Positions 29,259 through 39,954 of a stretch of 64,000 nt of DNA are shown here, one piece after another. The translations under genes and the position numbers were made by a program. The notes under the pieces were generated by a model. That model was not told where the DNA came from. It saw only the letters and a list, made by a program, of their open reading frames with translations, and did no database searches. Within the stretch, counting starts at the first letter, position 1; each line of letters starts with the position of its first letter. The stretch comes from an uncultured bacterium (lineage in GTDB: Bacteria > Chloroflexota > UBA5177 > JANWHV01). The stretch covers positions 672,001 through 736,000 of the forward strand of contig CAVSOU010000008.1 of NCBI GenBank assembly GCA_963729625.1. Direction: 5' to 3'.

Positions 29259-29813
29259 ATGGCAGCCTGGGAACGCCAGTACGATGGCGAGGCATACGAC
29301 TTCAAGATTTTCAAGCTTCGCTGGCACACCGCGGTATCTCCTCGAACGGGTGTGGCGGGCCGCTACGTCACGCTGGAGGTGCCGGACTGGGTGAACCTGG
29401 TGGCGATTACCGCCGCGCGCGAGATGATCATGGTCTGGCAATACCGGCACGGCGTGGATCGTTATACGCTGGAGATTCCGGCCGGCATCGTCGAGCCAGG
29501 GGAAGAACCGCTCGCGGCCATGCAGCGCGAGCTCGCCGAGGAGACCGGCTACGTTTCTACGCGCTGGAGCACGCTTGGCTCGGTGCATCCAAACCCCGCG
29601 TACCAGGGCAATGTCTGCCACCATTTCCTGGCACTCGATTGCGAAAAACTCGGCGAGCAGCATCTGGACGCTGGCGAGGACATCGAGGTGAGGCTGGTGC
29701 CCATCGCGGACGTTCCCCGGCTGATTGGCGACGGTACGCTCGACCACGCGCTGGAGATCGCTGCCTTCTTCCGCTACGTCGCGGCCGGCCAACCTGGCGG
29801 CAAGATCGTGTAG
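29259..29813 (+). CDS. NUDIX hydrolase (ADP-ribose pyrophosphatase-like)
   Basis: QYRHG...EIPAGIVEPGEEPLAAMQRELAEETG Nudix box. Confidence 0.93.
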   Translation: MAAWERQYDGEAYDFKIFKLRWHTAVSPRTGVAGRYVTLEVPDWVNLVAITAAREMIMVWQYRHGVDRYTLEIPAGIVEPGEEPLAAMQRELAEETGYVSTRWSTLGSVHPNPAYQGNVCHHFLALDCEKLGEQHLDAGEDIEVRLVPIADVPRLIGDGTLDHALEIAAFFRYVAAGQPGGKIV

Positions 29814-30991
29814 AGCGGCGACGGCGCTGCGTGCAGGCCGAGGTGATCCGTGATCGAGACCCAGGTCCCGGTCGGCCCGGATCGCCAGACCGCCGTGCGT
29901 GTCACCACGAATATCTCGTCGCGCTGCCTGTCGGGCACGGCCAGCAGTTGCTCGATCGCGCCGGCAGGAGCGGGCAGCGCCATGGCCAGCGGCTTCCAGC
30001 CGTGCGCGCCCTCGGACCGGAAGAACCGCCCTCGATACAGCACATACCGGGCGTGAGGCGTCTCGCCCCAGAGGTCTGCTCCGGCGCAGCCGGCGCTGGG
30101 CTGCGCGCCACAATGAACCGGACTCCACGTGCGCCCGGCGTCGTGAGAGACGTAACGGGCGACCGGGGCGCCTCTGCTCGCAGCTGCGCTGGACAGCAGG
30201 GCGAGCACCAGCGCGTGCTCCATCGGGACAGCCGTCACGACGGGGCTGAGGTCCTTGCGCCGGGGAGGATCCGGGAGCACGCCCATGAGCGCCCACGTAC
30301 GGCCGCCGCCGGCGCCGATCCGTCCGGGAGAGGCGCCGGGCACATATGCGGTGCGCGCTACGGCGATGGTGTTGCCCAGCATGGCCTCGCTCGAGACGGA
30401 GGGAAGCCCAGGCACGATCACCGGCTGCCACGAAGCGCCGAGGTCGGTCGAGCGGAGCAGGGCGCCGCCGTCGGCGTTGGTGACCAGGACGACGATTGAG
30501 CCGTTGGATGCCAGGTCAAGGCCGGAGATGGCGACATTGGGAATCGCCGATCGCTGCTGCGGGCTGATCCGTACCCAGGTCCATGGAGCACTCACATCGT
30601 CGTTGCGGTAGAGATTGCCGGCCATGTAAAGGGGAAAGCGTTGGGTGGTGGCAAGTACGTAAAGGCGCCCGGCAGTATCACCGGCAACGGCTACTGGAGC
30701 TTCGGATGAGTGGCTGAACACTGCTGCCCAGGTCGCGCCCGCGTCGTCGCTTCGGTACAGGGCCTGGCAGCCCGGCTCGTTTCCGATGGCCACGTTGAGG
30801 TCGGACGCAGGCCCCACCACCACATACAGGTGGCTATCGCCACGAGCATCACGCTCGATCGACATGCGAGCAATGGCGGTCCCGGCTTCGCACGGCTGCC
30901 CGGCTGTCGCTCCACTGCCCGGCCACAGCATCGTGGCCAGGAGGACCCCTGCCAGCGCAATGGCCAGCGAGAGATAGACAGACCCGCGCAC
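29774..30991 (-). CDS. Secreted BNR/Asp-box repeat protein
   Basis: Signal peptide; SDDAGATW, STDLGASW, SHDAGRTW; GTG overlaps the upstream stop. Confidence 0.8.
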   Translation of the reverse strand: MRGSVYLSLAIALAGVLLATMLWPGSGATAGQPCEAGTAIARMSIERDARGDSHLYVVVGPASDLNVAIGNEPGCQALYRSDDAGATWAAVFSHSSEAPVAVAGDTAGRLYVLATTQRFPLYMAGNLYRNDDVSAPWTWVRISPQQRSAIPNVAISGLDLASNGSIVVLVTNADGGALLRSTDLGASWQPVIVPGLPSVSSEAMLGNTIAVARTAYVPGASPGRIGAGGGRTWALMGVLPDPPRRKDLSPVVTAVPMEHALVLALLSSAAASRGAPVARYVSHDAGRTWSPVHCGAQPSAGCAGADLWGETPHARYVLYRGRFFRSEGAHGWKPLAMALPAPAGAIEQLLAVPDRQRDEIFVVTRTAVWRSGPTGTWVSITDHLGLHAAPSPLYTILPPGWPAAT

Positions 30992-33900
30992 TACATGACC
31001 TTGTAGATCTTCACTTCGTACGGGCGGCCTGGCTGCCCGTGATGGAATACCAGCGCGAGCTCGTGATCCTGCACCATCTGGTCGAACTTGGCGAGGCCGT
31101 CATGAGGATAGCCGTGGAAGAGGTTCGGGTCAGTGGCCGGGTAAAACGGATCGCCGCGCTCCTGTACGCCGACGTAGACATACGACACGTGGTACGTGTG
31201 CAGCAGGTTGAGCGCCGCTTGCGTATCGAGTGTGCTGTAGATCTCATCGACGGCATCCTCGCGATCTCCGACTTGTCTCGGGTAGATCTGGCCATTGTCC
31301 GCCGTCTGCAGGTTATATCGTTGCTGCGAGGCCTCGAAACCCCAATCGACCACAGTCGGCAGCCCGGTGAACATGCCGACTCGGGCCGAGAAGTTCTCGT
31401 AGCCGCCGTAGCGGCTGGTCAGCATGACCGGCGAACCCGGGATCGTCCGGTTAATCCACTCGATCGCGGCGTAGTCGTCCGGGTAGGCATACCGCAGGAA
31501 TTGCATGCCGTCCAAGGTCGGGCCGGCGTGCGCGGCCGCCAGGGCTGGCCAGGCGGTCGATCGCTGATCAAGCCGCTCGGGTGTCATACGCAGCGGGTAG
31601 ATAGCTGCTGCGACGACGAGCAGCAGCAGGCCGCCAAGCCACGCCCAGCTGCCGAGGCCAAGGCGTCGCGCGCGGCGATCGCGGCGCCCCGAGGACAATA
31701 CTGCCAGCGAGCCGAACGGTTCCACGACCGACGCGCCACGCACTTCCTTTGTCAGCGCACCCTTCGGCAGGAAGGGGAGAAGCAGACGGGCAAGGCCGAC
31801 CGCGGCGCTGATGTTCAGCAGCAGCCACGCGTCCTCGTAGAGCTTGAACACCGTATTGCTTCGGAAGAGGATGGGATCGCCGTCGTAAAAGTCGCGGACG
31901 TAGACGATCTCGCCAGCCGCAGCCACGAGGAGACCCATGATGATCATCACGTGGAAGAACATCAGCGCTGGTTCCTGCCGCTCGCGCCTGTCGATCAGCA
32001 GGAGGAGGGCAAGCCCTGCCATCGCCGTCAGCAGGGCGAGCACGCCGTAGCTGATGAAGAAGAACACGACGGCGGTGCCGCCGCCGACGAGCACGACGGT
32101 GCGTAGTGGACCCGCGAAGATGAGCAGCGTGGCCACCAGCAGCGCGAAGCCCGCAAACGGCAATAGATGCAGCACGGCGGCTGCCAGTGCCAGGGTGAGG
32201 CCGCCGAGCGCAATCACCAGCACATCCACCGGCCGGTTCCGGCAGGGTCGCCAGGTGACGGGGATTGGCTCGGGCCTGCGCACCATGGCGAAATAGCGCG
32301 GAAGGGCATCGCGGCGTTCCCAATAGTACATGGTGAAGAGCGTGCCGCGTACGTGCGCGCGCAGCCATGGCGCCACGCGCGTGTCGTTGTACACGCTGTA
32401 GAGCAGGTATGCGAGCAGCACGTATATCGGTAAGCCCCAGTGCGACAGGAAATCGTTCAGCGGCGACTGATGCCGGAGAATCGTCCAGCCGATGTGCGAA
32501 TAGAACGACTGGAAATGGCTGTAGAACGGCTCGTATAGACCAAAGGCAAAGATCGCCAGCAAACCGGCCTGCCACACGAGACTCCACCCGGTTCGCAGCC
32601 AGCCGCGACCGAGCCAGAAGGAGCGAGCGACGACCACGATGCCGATGATGCCCAGCATCGCCGCCATGTCCCATGGATTGGTGGGGCCGATGGCGCCGAT
32701 TAGCACGCCGATTATCGGCCAGACGACGAGCGATAGGCCGGGCAGCATCGGACGCGATTGTTCGACTTCGGTCACCGCGATCGGCCGTTCCCAGTCGTCG
32801 TGCTCGAACTTCCCGGTGACGCCGTGCGCGAAATTGAACGCCACGGCCACGATGCACAGAGCAAACGGCATATCCCACAGATGCGCGTGCGGATCGCCGT
32901 AGAGAAAGGTCCAGAACGGGAATTCGGTGATAATGCGGTGGTCGTCGAGAGACCGCGACCCGTCCCACGCCCAACTGCGGAAAGGATAGGAAGGGAGCGA
33001 GGCCTGTTGCAGCAGCACCCTGAACAGGCCCTGAATGGCGGCTACTGCCCCCCACAGGACGCCGCCGATCAGCGAATAGAGCCACGATAGGAGGTTGATC
33101 AGCGGCCCAAGCACAGGCAGATCGCTCCCGGCAGACGCGACAGGGTGCACCTGGCTCTGCATGGTGCTGGAGGCCTGCAGGTCCATGATCATCTGCTGCG
33201 CCCCATACAAGTTGCCCAGCAGCATGCTGAAGACGCCGGCAAGCAGGGCGAATGGGATGCGGCGAACCAGGCTGTAGGCGATAGATACGCCCGTGCCAAG
33301 CGTGAGGGCAAAGAAGGTGGGCAGAGCGAGATTGATGGCGATCGCCGGTGTAATGCCCGCCAGCTTGAGCAACGTGGCGACAGTGAAGTGACCGTAGTAG
33401 TAGTAGTTGAGATAGCCGCCGCTAAACCAGGGATCGAGCGGCGGCATCACACGGCTGCGCACGATGGCGTTGAGGAACGAGAAGTCCATAGTCTTCTCGC
33501 CACCGTCGAAGTTGTGCCACATGTCCGGGTAGACGGCGCGGATCCACAGGAACGCGATGAAGCCGAGAATGAACACGCCCTCGGTCAACGCTATCGCGCG
33601 CCAGCGCGAGCGTAGAATGCGCGGGATGTCCGGCAGGCGAGGCCCCCAGGCGAGCGAGATTGCGGCTATCGGTATCAGGCAGAGCGCAATCTCCTGCCGG
33701 CTGTAGTCCGCGATACGCAGGCTGGCCAGAATCCAGGCAAACCAGGCAAGCAGCAGAATACCCACCGTCTTGGAGACAACAAAGCCGCAATCGCCCAGCT
33801 TGCCAAACAGGCGCATGCTGATCGGCAGAGCAAGCAGCCCCAGCGCCTCCAGCATCAGCCACCACACCGGCGCTGGGAAGCGCATCGGCAGCGAGTCGGC

Positions 33901-36141
33901 GGGGAACATGCCGGCGTACGTCGGGTTCTTCTGGTTAACCTGAATATCCTTCGCCGAGAGCAAGAGTGACTTGGGCAGCGTGGTGGCCGTGGATCCGGCG
34001 CCGGTCAGCGTCGGATCCTGGATCCGGCCGTGATCCGTGAGCGCGGCCAGGATCTCGTCGGTGCTCAGCCTGCCGGTATTCTTGAAGATCTCGATCTGTG
34101 GATGGTCGTATTCATCGAAGTTCTGGTTGACACCCTGCTCGGTATCGGTCCAGGGACCAAGCTGAGGGTGCTCGACGAACTGCGCCACCATGGTGTAGCC
34201 CAGGGAATCCTGTGCGTTCAGCGCGCTGCCGAGAAGCAGCTTGTAGAACCGCTGCATGTACGGGTACTTGCTGCCATAGTCCTCGAAGCTCTCGACGGCG
34301 CGCCGGCCGTCTTCCAAATAATACTGCGCATGCGACAGGATGCCGGCCATGGTCTGGGCCTTGGCCAGCGAGTCGTCATCGTACGTGGGGAACTGGTTGC
34401 CTGAAACAGGCACCGTGCTCGCTCCCGCCCATGCGTAGATGCTCGGGTCCTGCTGCGCGTTGAGCCCGAGCGGCAAGCTGTTGTCGAGTGAGTTTTCGGC
34501 GAGGCGCGTGCCGCCCGGTATGTGCGCGTAGATCCATGTCGAGGCTTGCACGTAGGTCAGAGGCTTGCTGTAGATGTGCTGGTAGGCCAGGCCGTAACAC
34601 CCCGTGAGGAGCAGCACGAGCCCACCGGCCGCGTAGCCGGTCCAGCGGCGAACGCGCCATACGGCGCGCTTCGAATGCTTCGAATCGCCGGCCAGGGCCA
34701 TAATCGGGATCGCCGCCAGAACGCAGAGCGCCGGGACGATAGGCTCCATGTAGCGGAGGTACTTCATGTACAGCATGCCGGCGGAGATAAAGTACGAGAC
34801 TACGAAGAACGCAACCAGAGCACTCGCGCCGAGCTTGGGGGTCAGGGCTTTCACGCATTCGTAGAGCAGGCCCGCATAGGCGAGGACGGCCAGGGGGATA
34901 CCCAGTGAGTAGTTAGTAAGCTGCGAGAGCGGATAGATCAACGCCGGCAGCCCGTGCCATTTTATGGTGTAAAAGACCACCACGTTGCCACTCGCGAGGT
35001 CGTTCTGGTAGAGCACGCCGGCTTTGAAATTCGAGAAGTCCGTAAACGTGTAGGGCTGAAAAACGAACAGAGCCACGGCGGTCATGCACGCGACGGGCAG
35101 GAGCGCAAGGACAAGGTAGTCCCAGACAAGCAGCTTGAGCACGCCCCAGGTGCGTTTTCTGAGCGCGGCCGCGGCGATGGCAAGCGGCCAACTGGCGGTT
35201 CTCTTGGCCTCGGCCAAGATGGTGCTGACACTAAGCTCACGCCACAGCACGGCGAGCCCAACAGTGGCAACCAGCGTCACCGCGGAGGCCTTGGTCGCGA
35301 GAGCAGCCCCAAGCCAGATGCTCGCGAACACGTAGTCGCGCTTCCTGCCGTCTTGTACGAGGGCGACGCTGGCCAGCAGCGTACCGGTGGCAAATGTGCC
35401 GAGGAAGCTGTCGACCGTTGTGAAATGCGCCAACTGGATTGACAGGACGGCGAAGCAGGCAAACGACGCTGCCAGAAGACCCGCGCGCGATCCGGCGAGC
35501 CGCTTCCCCAGCAGGTAAACCAGCAGCACCGTACAGGTGTCGAAGATGCCGGAGAGCACGCGTCCATACAGAATAGGATTCGCGGTCTTCCAGACGGCAC
35601 AAGCCGTCCACTTGCCGGCGAGCCAGGAGAGTATCGAGCCGAAGATCTTGATCAGGTAGATCGGGAGGGAGCCGTAGTTGAAGCCGCTTTGGTCGTGCGC
35701 GGGATGACCGTCGACGGGGGCGCGGCCCACCGCGGCTGCTACCGCTGGATTCCATCCACTGTCGCTATTGAAGAAGTCGAGCGGGCTGCTTGGATACTGG
35801 ATATTCTGCACCAGCGTGCCGCCGACGAACCATTCGTCGGGATGCTGGAATTGGCCGTTGCCCCAATCGAAGGAGTGCCCTGTAGGTCCAAACACACGCA
35901 GCCAAATGGTTATCAGGAGAATGACGGCCAGAACGATTGCGGTGAAAGTACGAACACGAGGCAAGACCCGCTGTGCTCGACGCAGTCCCGCGCCCCTGGC
36001 AACGTGTGTGTCGCTTTCTGCCTCATCGCTGATGTTCCCGCCTGGATCTCGCCCGGCACGATCCGTGGACCTCTGGTCGTCGTTAGGCGAGGTCTGATAC
36101 GGGCTGCTCGACGACGACGTGAATTCAGGATCCGGATTCAT
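30991..36141 (-). CDS. GT-C (PMT-like) glycosyltransferase + DUF2298 (YYY) fusion membrane protein
   Basis: HPDE, NYGSLP, QLAHFTTVD, ATKAS; GGEKTMD...PPLDPWFSGGYLNYYYYGH; ITEFPFWTFLYGDPHAH; NTVFKLY. Confidence 0.9.
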   Translation of the reverse strand: MNPDPEFTSSSSSPYQTSPNDDQRSTDRAGRDPGGNISDEAESDTHVARGAGLRRAQRVLPRVRTFTAIVLAVILLITIWLRVFGPTGHSFDWGNGQFQHPDEWFVGGTLVQNIQYPSSPLDFFNSDSGWNPAVAAAVGRAPVDGHPAHDQSGFNYGSLPIYLIKIFGSILSWLAGKWTACAVWKTANPILYGRVLSGIFDTCTVLLVYLLGKRLAGSRAGLLAASFACFAVLSIQLAHFTTVDSFLGTFATGTLLASVALVQDGRKRDYVFASIWLGAALATKASAVTLVATVGLAVLWRELSVSTILAEAKRTASWPLAIAAAALRKRTWGVLKLLVWDYLVLALLPVACMTAVALFVFQPYTFTDFSNFKAGVLYQNDLASGNVVVFYTIKWHGLPALIYPLSQLTNYSLGIPLAVLAYAGLLYECVKALTPKLGASALVAFFVVSYFISAGMLYMKYLRYMEPIVPALCVLAAIPIMALAGDSKHSKRAVWRVRRWTGYAAGGLVLLLTGCYGLAYQHIYSKPLTYVQASTWIYAHIPGGTRLAENSLDNSLPLGLNAQQDPSIYAWAGASTVPVSGNQFPTYDDDSLAKAQTMAGILSHAQYYLEDGRRAVESFEDYGSKYPYMQRFYKLLLGSALNAQDSLGYTMVAQFVEHPQLGPWTDTEQGVNQNFDEYDHPQIEIFKNTGRLSTDEILAALTDHGRIQDPTLTGAGSTATTLPKSLLLSAKDIQVNQKNPTYAGMFPADSLPMRFPAPVWWLMLEALGLLALPISMRLFGKLGDCGFVVSKTVGILLLAWFAWILASLRIADYSRQEIALCLIPIAAISLAWGPRLPDIPRILRSRWRAIALTEGVFILGFIAFLWIRAVYPDMWHNFDGGEKTMDFSFLNAIVRSRVMPPLDPWFSGGYLNYYYYGHFTVATLLKLAGITPAIAINLALPTFFALTLGTGVSIAYSLVRRIPFALLAGVFSMLLGNLYGAQQMIMDLQASSTMQSQVHPVASAGSDLPVLGPLINLLSWLYSLIGGVLWGAVAAIQGLFRVLLQQASLPSYPFRSWAWDGSRSLDDHRIITEFPFWTFLYGDPHAHLWDMPFALCIVAVAFNFAHGVTGKFEHDDWERPIAVTEVEQSRPMLPGLSLVVWPIIGVLIGAIGPTNPWDMAAMLGIIGIVVVARSFWLGRGWLRTGWSLVWQAGLLAIFAFGLYEPFYSHFQSFYSHIGWTILRHQSPLNDFLSHWGLPIYVLLAYLLYSVYNDTRVAPWLRAHVRGTLFTMYYWERRDALPRYFAMVRRPEPIPVTWRPCRNRPVDVLVIALGGLTLALAAAVLHLLPFAGFALLVATLLIFAGPLRTVVLVGGGTAVVFFFISYGVLALLTAMAGLALLLLIDRRERQEPALMFFHVMIIMGLLVAAAGEIVYVRDFYDGDPILFRSNTVFKLYEDAWLLLNISAAVGLARLLLPFLPKGALTKEVRGASVVEPFGSLAVLSSGRRDRRARRLGLGSWAWLGGLLLLVVAAAIYPLRMTPERLDQRSTAWPALAAAHAGPTLDGMQFLRYAYPDDYAAIEWINRTIPGSPVMLTSRYGGYENFSARVGMFTGLPTVVDWGFEASQQRYNLQTADNGQIYPRQVGDREDAVDEIYSTLDTQAALNLLHTYHVSYVYVGVQERGDPFYPATDPNLFHGYPHDGLAKFDQMVQDHELALVFHHGQPGRPYEVKIYKVM

Positions 36142-36344
36142 GATGCTCCTCGATTGGATGGGGATAGCGCAGAGCAGGACCGCCTGCTGCTGGCCGGCAT
36201 GGAAAGGTCGTGCGCGAGCCGTTGTGCCGATCGAACGATATGGTACATGAGAATCTGTCGGGCTGGGGTTGCATGCCTATCCAAGTGCTGATGGCGGTAT
36301 CGCACACGGCGCTCTGGTGCAGGGGCGGACCGCGACGAAGCGCG

Positions 36345-39300
36345 CTAGCGCGCGGATACCCTCAGGCCGATCGCCTCGCGGACGGCGGCGATGAACTCCG
36401 TGTCGTGGTATGGCTTGGTGAAGTAGCGCGAGGCGCCCATCTTTTCCGCAGTGCGCAAGTGTTTCTTTCCAGTACGCGACGAGAGCATGAAGACGGGGAG
36501 ATGGTCTCCGCCGGGAAGATGTCGAATAGCGTAGAGCGCCTCGAGCCCGTCCATGCGTGGCATCTCGATGTCCAGTGTTACGAGGTGTGGCAAGCCGTTC
36601 GCACGTATGTGTTCCAGCGCATCCTGCCCATCGCGCGCGGTTTCCACCGTGAACCCGGCGTGTTGGAGCGTTCGCGTCAGGGCAAGTCGCATGGTCAGGC
36701 TGTCATCCACGACCAGCACGACCACGTCGCCAGATGTGTCGGCCCGGGCGCTTATCTCCTCGAGGCCCGACAGGCCGATCTGGTCGAGCAGGGGCACCAG
36801 GTTCAGCACGGGCGCAGGAGTACCGTCGCCCAGAACAATGGCCCCCAAGAGGCGATCGACGGTTTGCAACAGGAACGGGAGAGGCTTGACGATCTGGTCT
36901 TCCTCTTCCACGATCTCGTCGACCGCCAGGGCAACGCGGTCCCCGCGATAGGGCAGAACAAGCACGGTTCGCTCTTCGAATTCCTTTGTCGGCGAGCCTG
37001 ACTCGAGGTGACTATCCGGGAGGAAGTAGAGCGGCAGCTCGGACGTGCCAATCCGCACGCGGTGGCCGTTCTTCTGGCGCTTGCTCACGGCCGTCGGCGG
37101 CACAAGCTGGACAAACGAGATTTGCGTGGCTGGTATAGCGAGGCAGCGGCCTGCGTCCCGTACCACGATGCAGTGCACGACCGCCATGCTCAGCGGCACC
37201 TGGAGCACGACGATGGTGCCTCCGGCGTCTCGCTTGCCGATAGAGACCGATCCACCCATGCGCGTGCATGCTTCGCGCACGATCTCCATACCCATCCCGC
37301 GCCCGCTCAGCTCCGTCACTTCCTTTGCCGTGCTGAATCCTGGCCTGAACACCAGCTCCAGCTTCTCGCGCGTGGTAAGCGCGGCGGCGCGATCGGCGCC
37401 CAGCAGGCCGCGCGCGACGGCAATACGCGCGATCTTGTCAGGGTCGATGCCGCGCCCGTCGTCGCTCACCGAAACAATGACCTGGCTGCCTTCCACCGAC
37501 GCACGCACTGTGATGCGCCCGACACGGGGCTTCCCCAGTGCCTCGCGCTCGTCCGGCGGCTCGATGCCATGATCGACGCAGTTGCGTAGCAGGTGCATGA
37601 GAGGCTCGAACAGCCGATCGCACACGTATTTGTCCAGCGCAACGTCGTCGCCTTCCATCGTCCAACGCACCTCGCGGTGCGCCGCGGCCGCCGTGGTACG
37701 CACGACCTGATCAAGTCGCACGCGCAGCTGGCTGAGCGGCAGCAGGCGCATGTTGAGCAAGGCGCCCTGTAACTCCGTGTCGAGCCTAGTCTCGGTGGTC
37801 GCCAGAGCCCGCTTGCGCGCCACGACGTCGTTCACGCCCTGCACAAGGGCCTGCTGATCAGCCGCCGCCTCTTGCAGCTGAAGAAGCAATTGCCGAATCG
37901 GGCCGTAGGTCTCGAGGTCCAGACCGTCGGCGTCCTGCTCAGGCATCGCATCATAGCCGTGCGACGTGATCTGGTAGTGCAGGCCGATGACGATTGCCTC
38001 CAATCGATGTACGGCGCGTGCCATCTCATTCACCGTGTTTGCCAGGGTCTCCACGAGGCCGTGCGACGCAGTCCGATTCGCCACAATCTCAGTGACCTTG
38101 GCGACGAGCGCCTCAACTTTCTCGAGGTCGACTGCCACCCGATTGCTCTGGTTGTACGCTGGGGGAATAGCCGGTCGCGCCAGCAACTGTGACTTGTCAA
38201 GTGAGACAGGCTGCGGTTCGCTATCAACTATCAAACCGGCATCCGCCCCAAGCGAGTCCGTCGAGGCCGGCTCGTCCTCCGGCTGAATCGTGGCTGCCGC
38301 CTCCGAGTCACCGCCGGGCTGGCATTGGTCCGCGCCGGCGCCATTCAACGCGCTGTCGCTGTCACTGGGCTGCGACGGACTCTCGCTATCTCCGGCGATC
38401 GGCGCGGGCGAAGTCGCGATCGCCCTCATGCCAGCCATCTCCATGGCTTTGCCGCGCAGCCTGCCAACGAGGGTGCGCACGCTGCTGTCCGATCCGGCGC
38501 CGGAAGCCGGCACGGTGAGCGCTTCCCGCATCTCGTTCTCGGCTTCGAACAGCACCTGTAGCACCGCCTCGGGAAGACAGGCAATGCCAGGCTCCGGCCG
38601 TCCGATCACGTCTTCGCAGGCGTGCGCTAACTCCGCGATCGAGCTCTTGCCGCACATGCGGGCGCCGCCCTTGATGGTATGGACCGATCGGCGCGCTTCG
38701 GCCATCGCCGCTTCGTCCGGTCGTCGCTCGAGAGTCTCAAGGCAGGTATGCAAGATGTCAAGCATCTCGCCAGCCTCCTCGATGAAGACTTCCAGCAGCT
38801 GCGCGGCCAGCCCGCCATGTACGGACACCGAGGCAGGAGCCGCCTGCTCGTCGCGTCCGATCGGCTCAACGGCAGCCGGGAGATCGACGAGTGGCGGCGC
38901 CGGTACCGTATGCACTGTCTCGGGGATGTCCTCGCAGTCGTCTTGCGGATTGGCTCCCGCGGCACGAGCCGGCGACGCGGTGGCCGGCGTACTTATCTCT
39001 TCACGGAGCGCCGGCGCCAAGTGGTCGACCTGCTCATCACCTGCCGGAGTCGAATCCGACATGGCCGTGGGCGTGCAACAGGCGCGTAACTCTTGCGTCA
39101 GCGCGATGACACTAGCATCCGATCCCGGACCTGCAACCGGGCGCTGCAGGGCGGCACGCATCTCCTGTTCCGTAGTGAAGAGTATGTCTAAAGTCGCTGA
39201 TGGCGGGCTGGCGCCGTAGGACGAGATAGAGTCGACCAGGGTCTCAGCGGCGTGTGCAAGCTCCGAAGGGAGCCGCATGCCGCACATACGGGCGCCTCCC

Positions 39301-39452
39301 TTGAAGGTGTGCAAGTCGCGCCTGAGTGCGATGACGACGTCACTCGCATACCGGCGCTCAAGAATCTCGAGCGAGACATGCAGGCGGTCGAGCACCTCAT
39401 GTGCTTCATCCATGAAGACGTCGAGCAGATCGTCGGCAAGGGCGGTCATCAC
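36345..39452 (-). CDS. cheA: Hybrid chemosensory kinase, ChpA/CheA-like (2 Hpt, HATPase, CheW, REC)
   Basis: HTFKGGARM and HTIKGGARM Hpt; HLLRNCVDHGIE, DDGRGID, PGFSTA, SGRGMGM; C-terminal VVDDS...LDIEMPRMDG...TKPY. Confidence 0.95.
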   Translation of the reverse strand: MMTALADDLLDVFMDEAHEVLDRLHVSLEILERRYASDVVIALRRDLHTFKGGARMCGMRLPSELAHAAETLVDSISSYGASPPSATLDILFTTEQEMRAALQRPVAGPGSDASVIALTQELRACCTPTAMSDSTPAGDEQVDHLAPALREEISTPATASPARAAGANPQDDCEDIPETVHTVPAPPLVDLPAAVEPIGRDEQAAPASVSVHGGLAAQLLEVFIEEAGEMLDILHTCLETLERRPDEAAMAEARRSVHTIKGGARMCGKSSIAELAHACEDVIGRPEPGIACLPEAVLQVLFEAENEMREALTVPASGAGSDSSVRTLVGRLRGKAMEMAGMRAIATSPAPIAGDSESPSQPSDSDSALNGAGADQCQPGGDSEAAATIQPEDEPASTDSLGADAGLIVDSEPQPVSLDKSQLLARPAIPPAYNQSNRVAVDLEKVEALVAKVTEIVANRTASHGLVETLANTVNEMARAVHRLEAIVIGLHYQITSHGYDAMPEQDADGLDLETYGPIRQLLLQLQEAAADQQALVQGVNDVVARKRALATTETRLDTELQGALLNMRLLPLSQLRVRLDQVVRTTAAAAHREVRWTMEGDDVALDKYVCDRLFEPLMHLLRNCVDHGIEPPDEREALGKPRVGRITVRASVEGSQVIVSVSDDGRGIDPDKIARIAVARGLLGADRAAALTTREKLELVFRPGFSTAKEVTELSGRGMGMEIVREACTRMGGSVSIGKRDAGGTIVVLQVPLSMAVVHCIVVRDAGRCLAIPATQISFVQLVPPTAVSKRQKNGHRVRIGTSELPLYFLPDSHLESGSPTKEFEERTVLVLPYRGDRVALAVDEIVEEEDQIVKPLPFLLQTVDRLLGAIVLGDGTPAPVLNLVPLLDQIGLSGLEEISARADTSGDVVVLVVDDSLTMRLALTRTLQHAGFTVETARDGQDALEHIRANGLPHLVTLDIEMPRMDGLEALYAIRHLPGGDHLPVFMLSSRTGKKHLRTAEKMGASRYFTKPYHDTEFIAAVREAIGLRVSAR

Positions 39453-39464
39453 GTACCCAGCAAA

Positions 39465-39944
39465 CTAATCGCTTTTGTTCGAGGGATCAGCGAGGCCAAG
39501 TATCGAGCGGCGCCCCTGGGGCGATAGCTTCTCACTGTCGGGCGTCTCCGGCAGCATGCTCTTCGTGTCGACCACGAGAGTTGAGGCCGCCTGCCGGAGC
39601 TCACCGGTGGCCACCGAATACGCCCGCACCGTCAACGTGAGATGCTCGCTTGATTCGCCCATTCGCTGCGAGATCCGTCGCATTTGCCGCGCGATTTCAA
39701 CCATCGGTCCGCTCATCTTCATCCTGGTGGCTTCGAGGGTGGTGTTGCTTGCAAGCGTTCGCAGTTGACGCACCAGGGCTTGCATCTCCTGGACTGTCCG
39801 CTCAGCTTCCTGCACTTGGTCATCGAGCTGGAGAACGCGCTGGCTGACATAGTCCGCGCTCTCCGCCAGACGGTACAGCGTCTGTGTATGAACACGTACC
39901 GCATCTTCGACGGCGATGCCGTGCTTCAGGCGATCAGGGTTCAT
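39465..39944 (-). CDS. Short cytoplasmic MCP-signalling-like coiled-coil protein
   Basis: LRTLASNTTLEATRM...EIARQMRRIS, a degenerate MCP hairpin tip; no TM or sensor. Confidence 0.7.
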   Translation of the reverse strand: MNPDRLKHGIAVEDAVRVHTQTLYRLAESADYVSQRVLQLDDQVQEAERTVQEMQALVRQLRTLASNTTLEATRMKMSGPMVEIARQMRRISQRMGESSEHLTLTVRAYSVATGELRQAASTLVVDTKSMLPETPDSEKLSPQGRRSILGLADPSNKSD

Positions 39945-39954
39945 AATGATACCT

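Noticed and set aside
29774-29813. 40-bp 3' overlap of the NUDIX and BNR genes
   Set aside because: Short convergent overlaps are ordinary
31568-33085. 505-aa alternate-frame ORF within the DUF2298 gene
   Set aside because: Arg/Ala/Pro-rich shadow ORF typical of high GC
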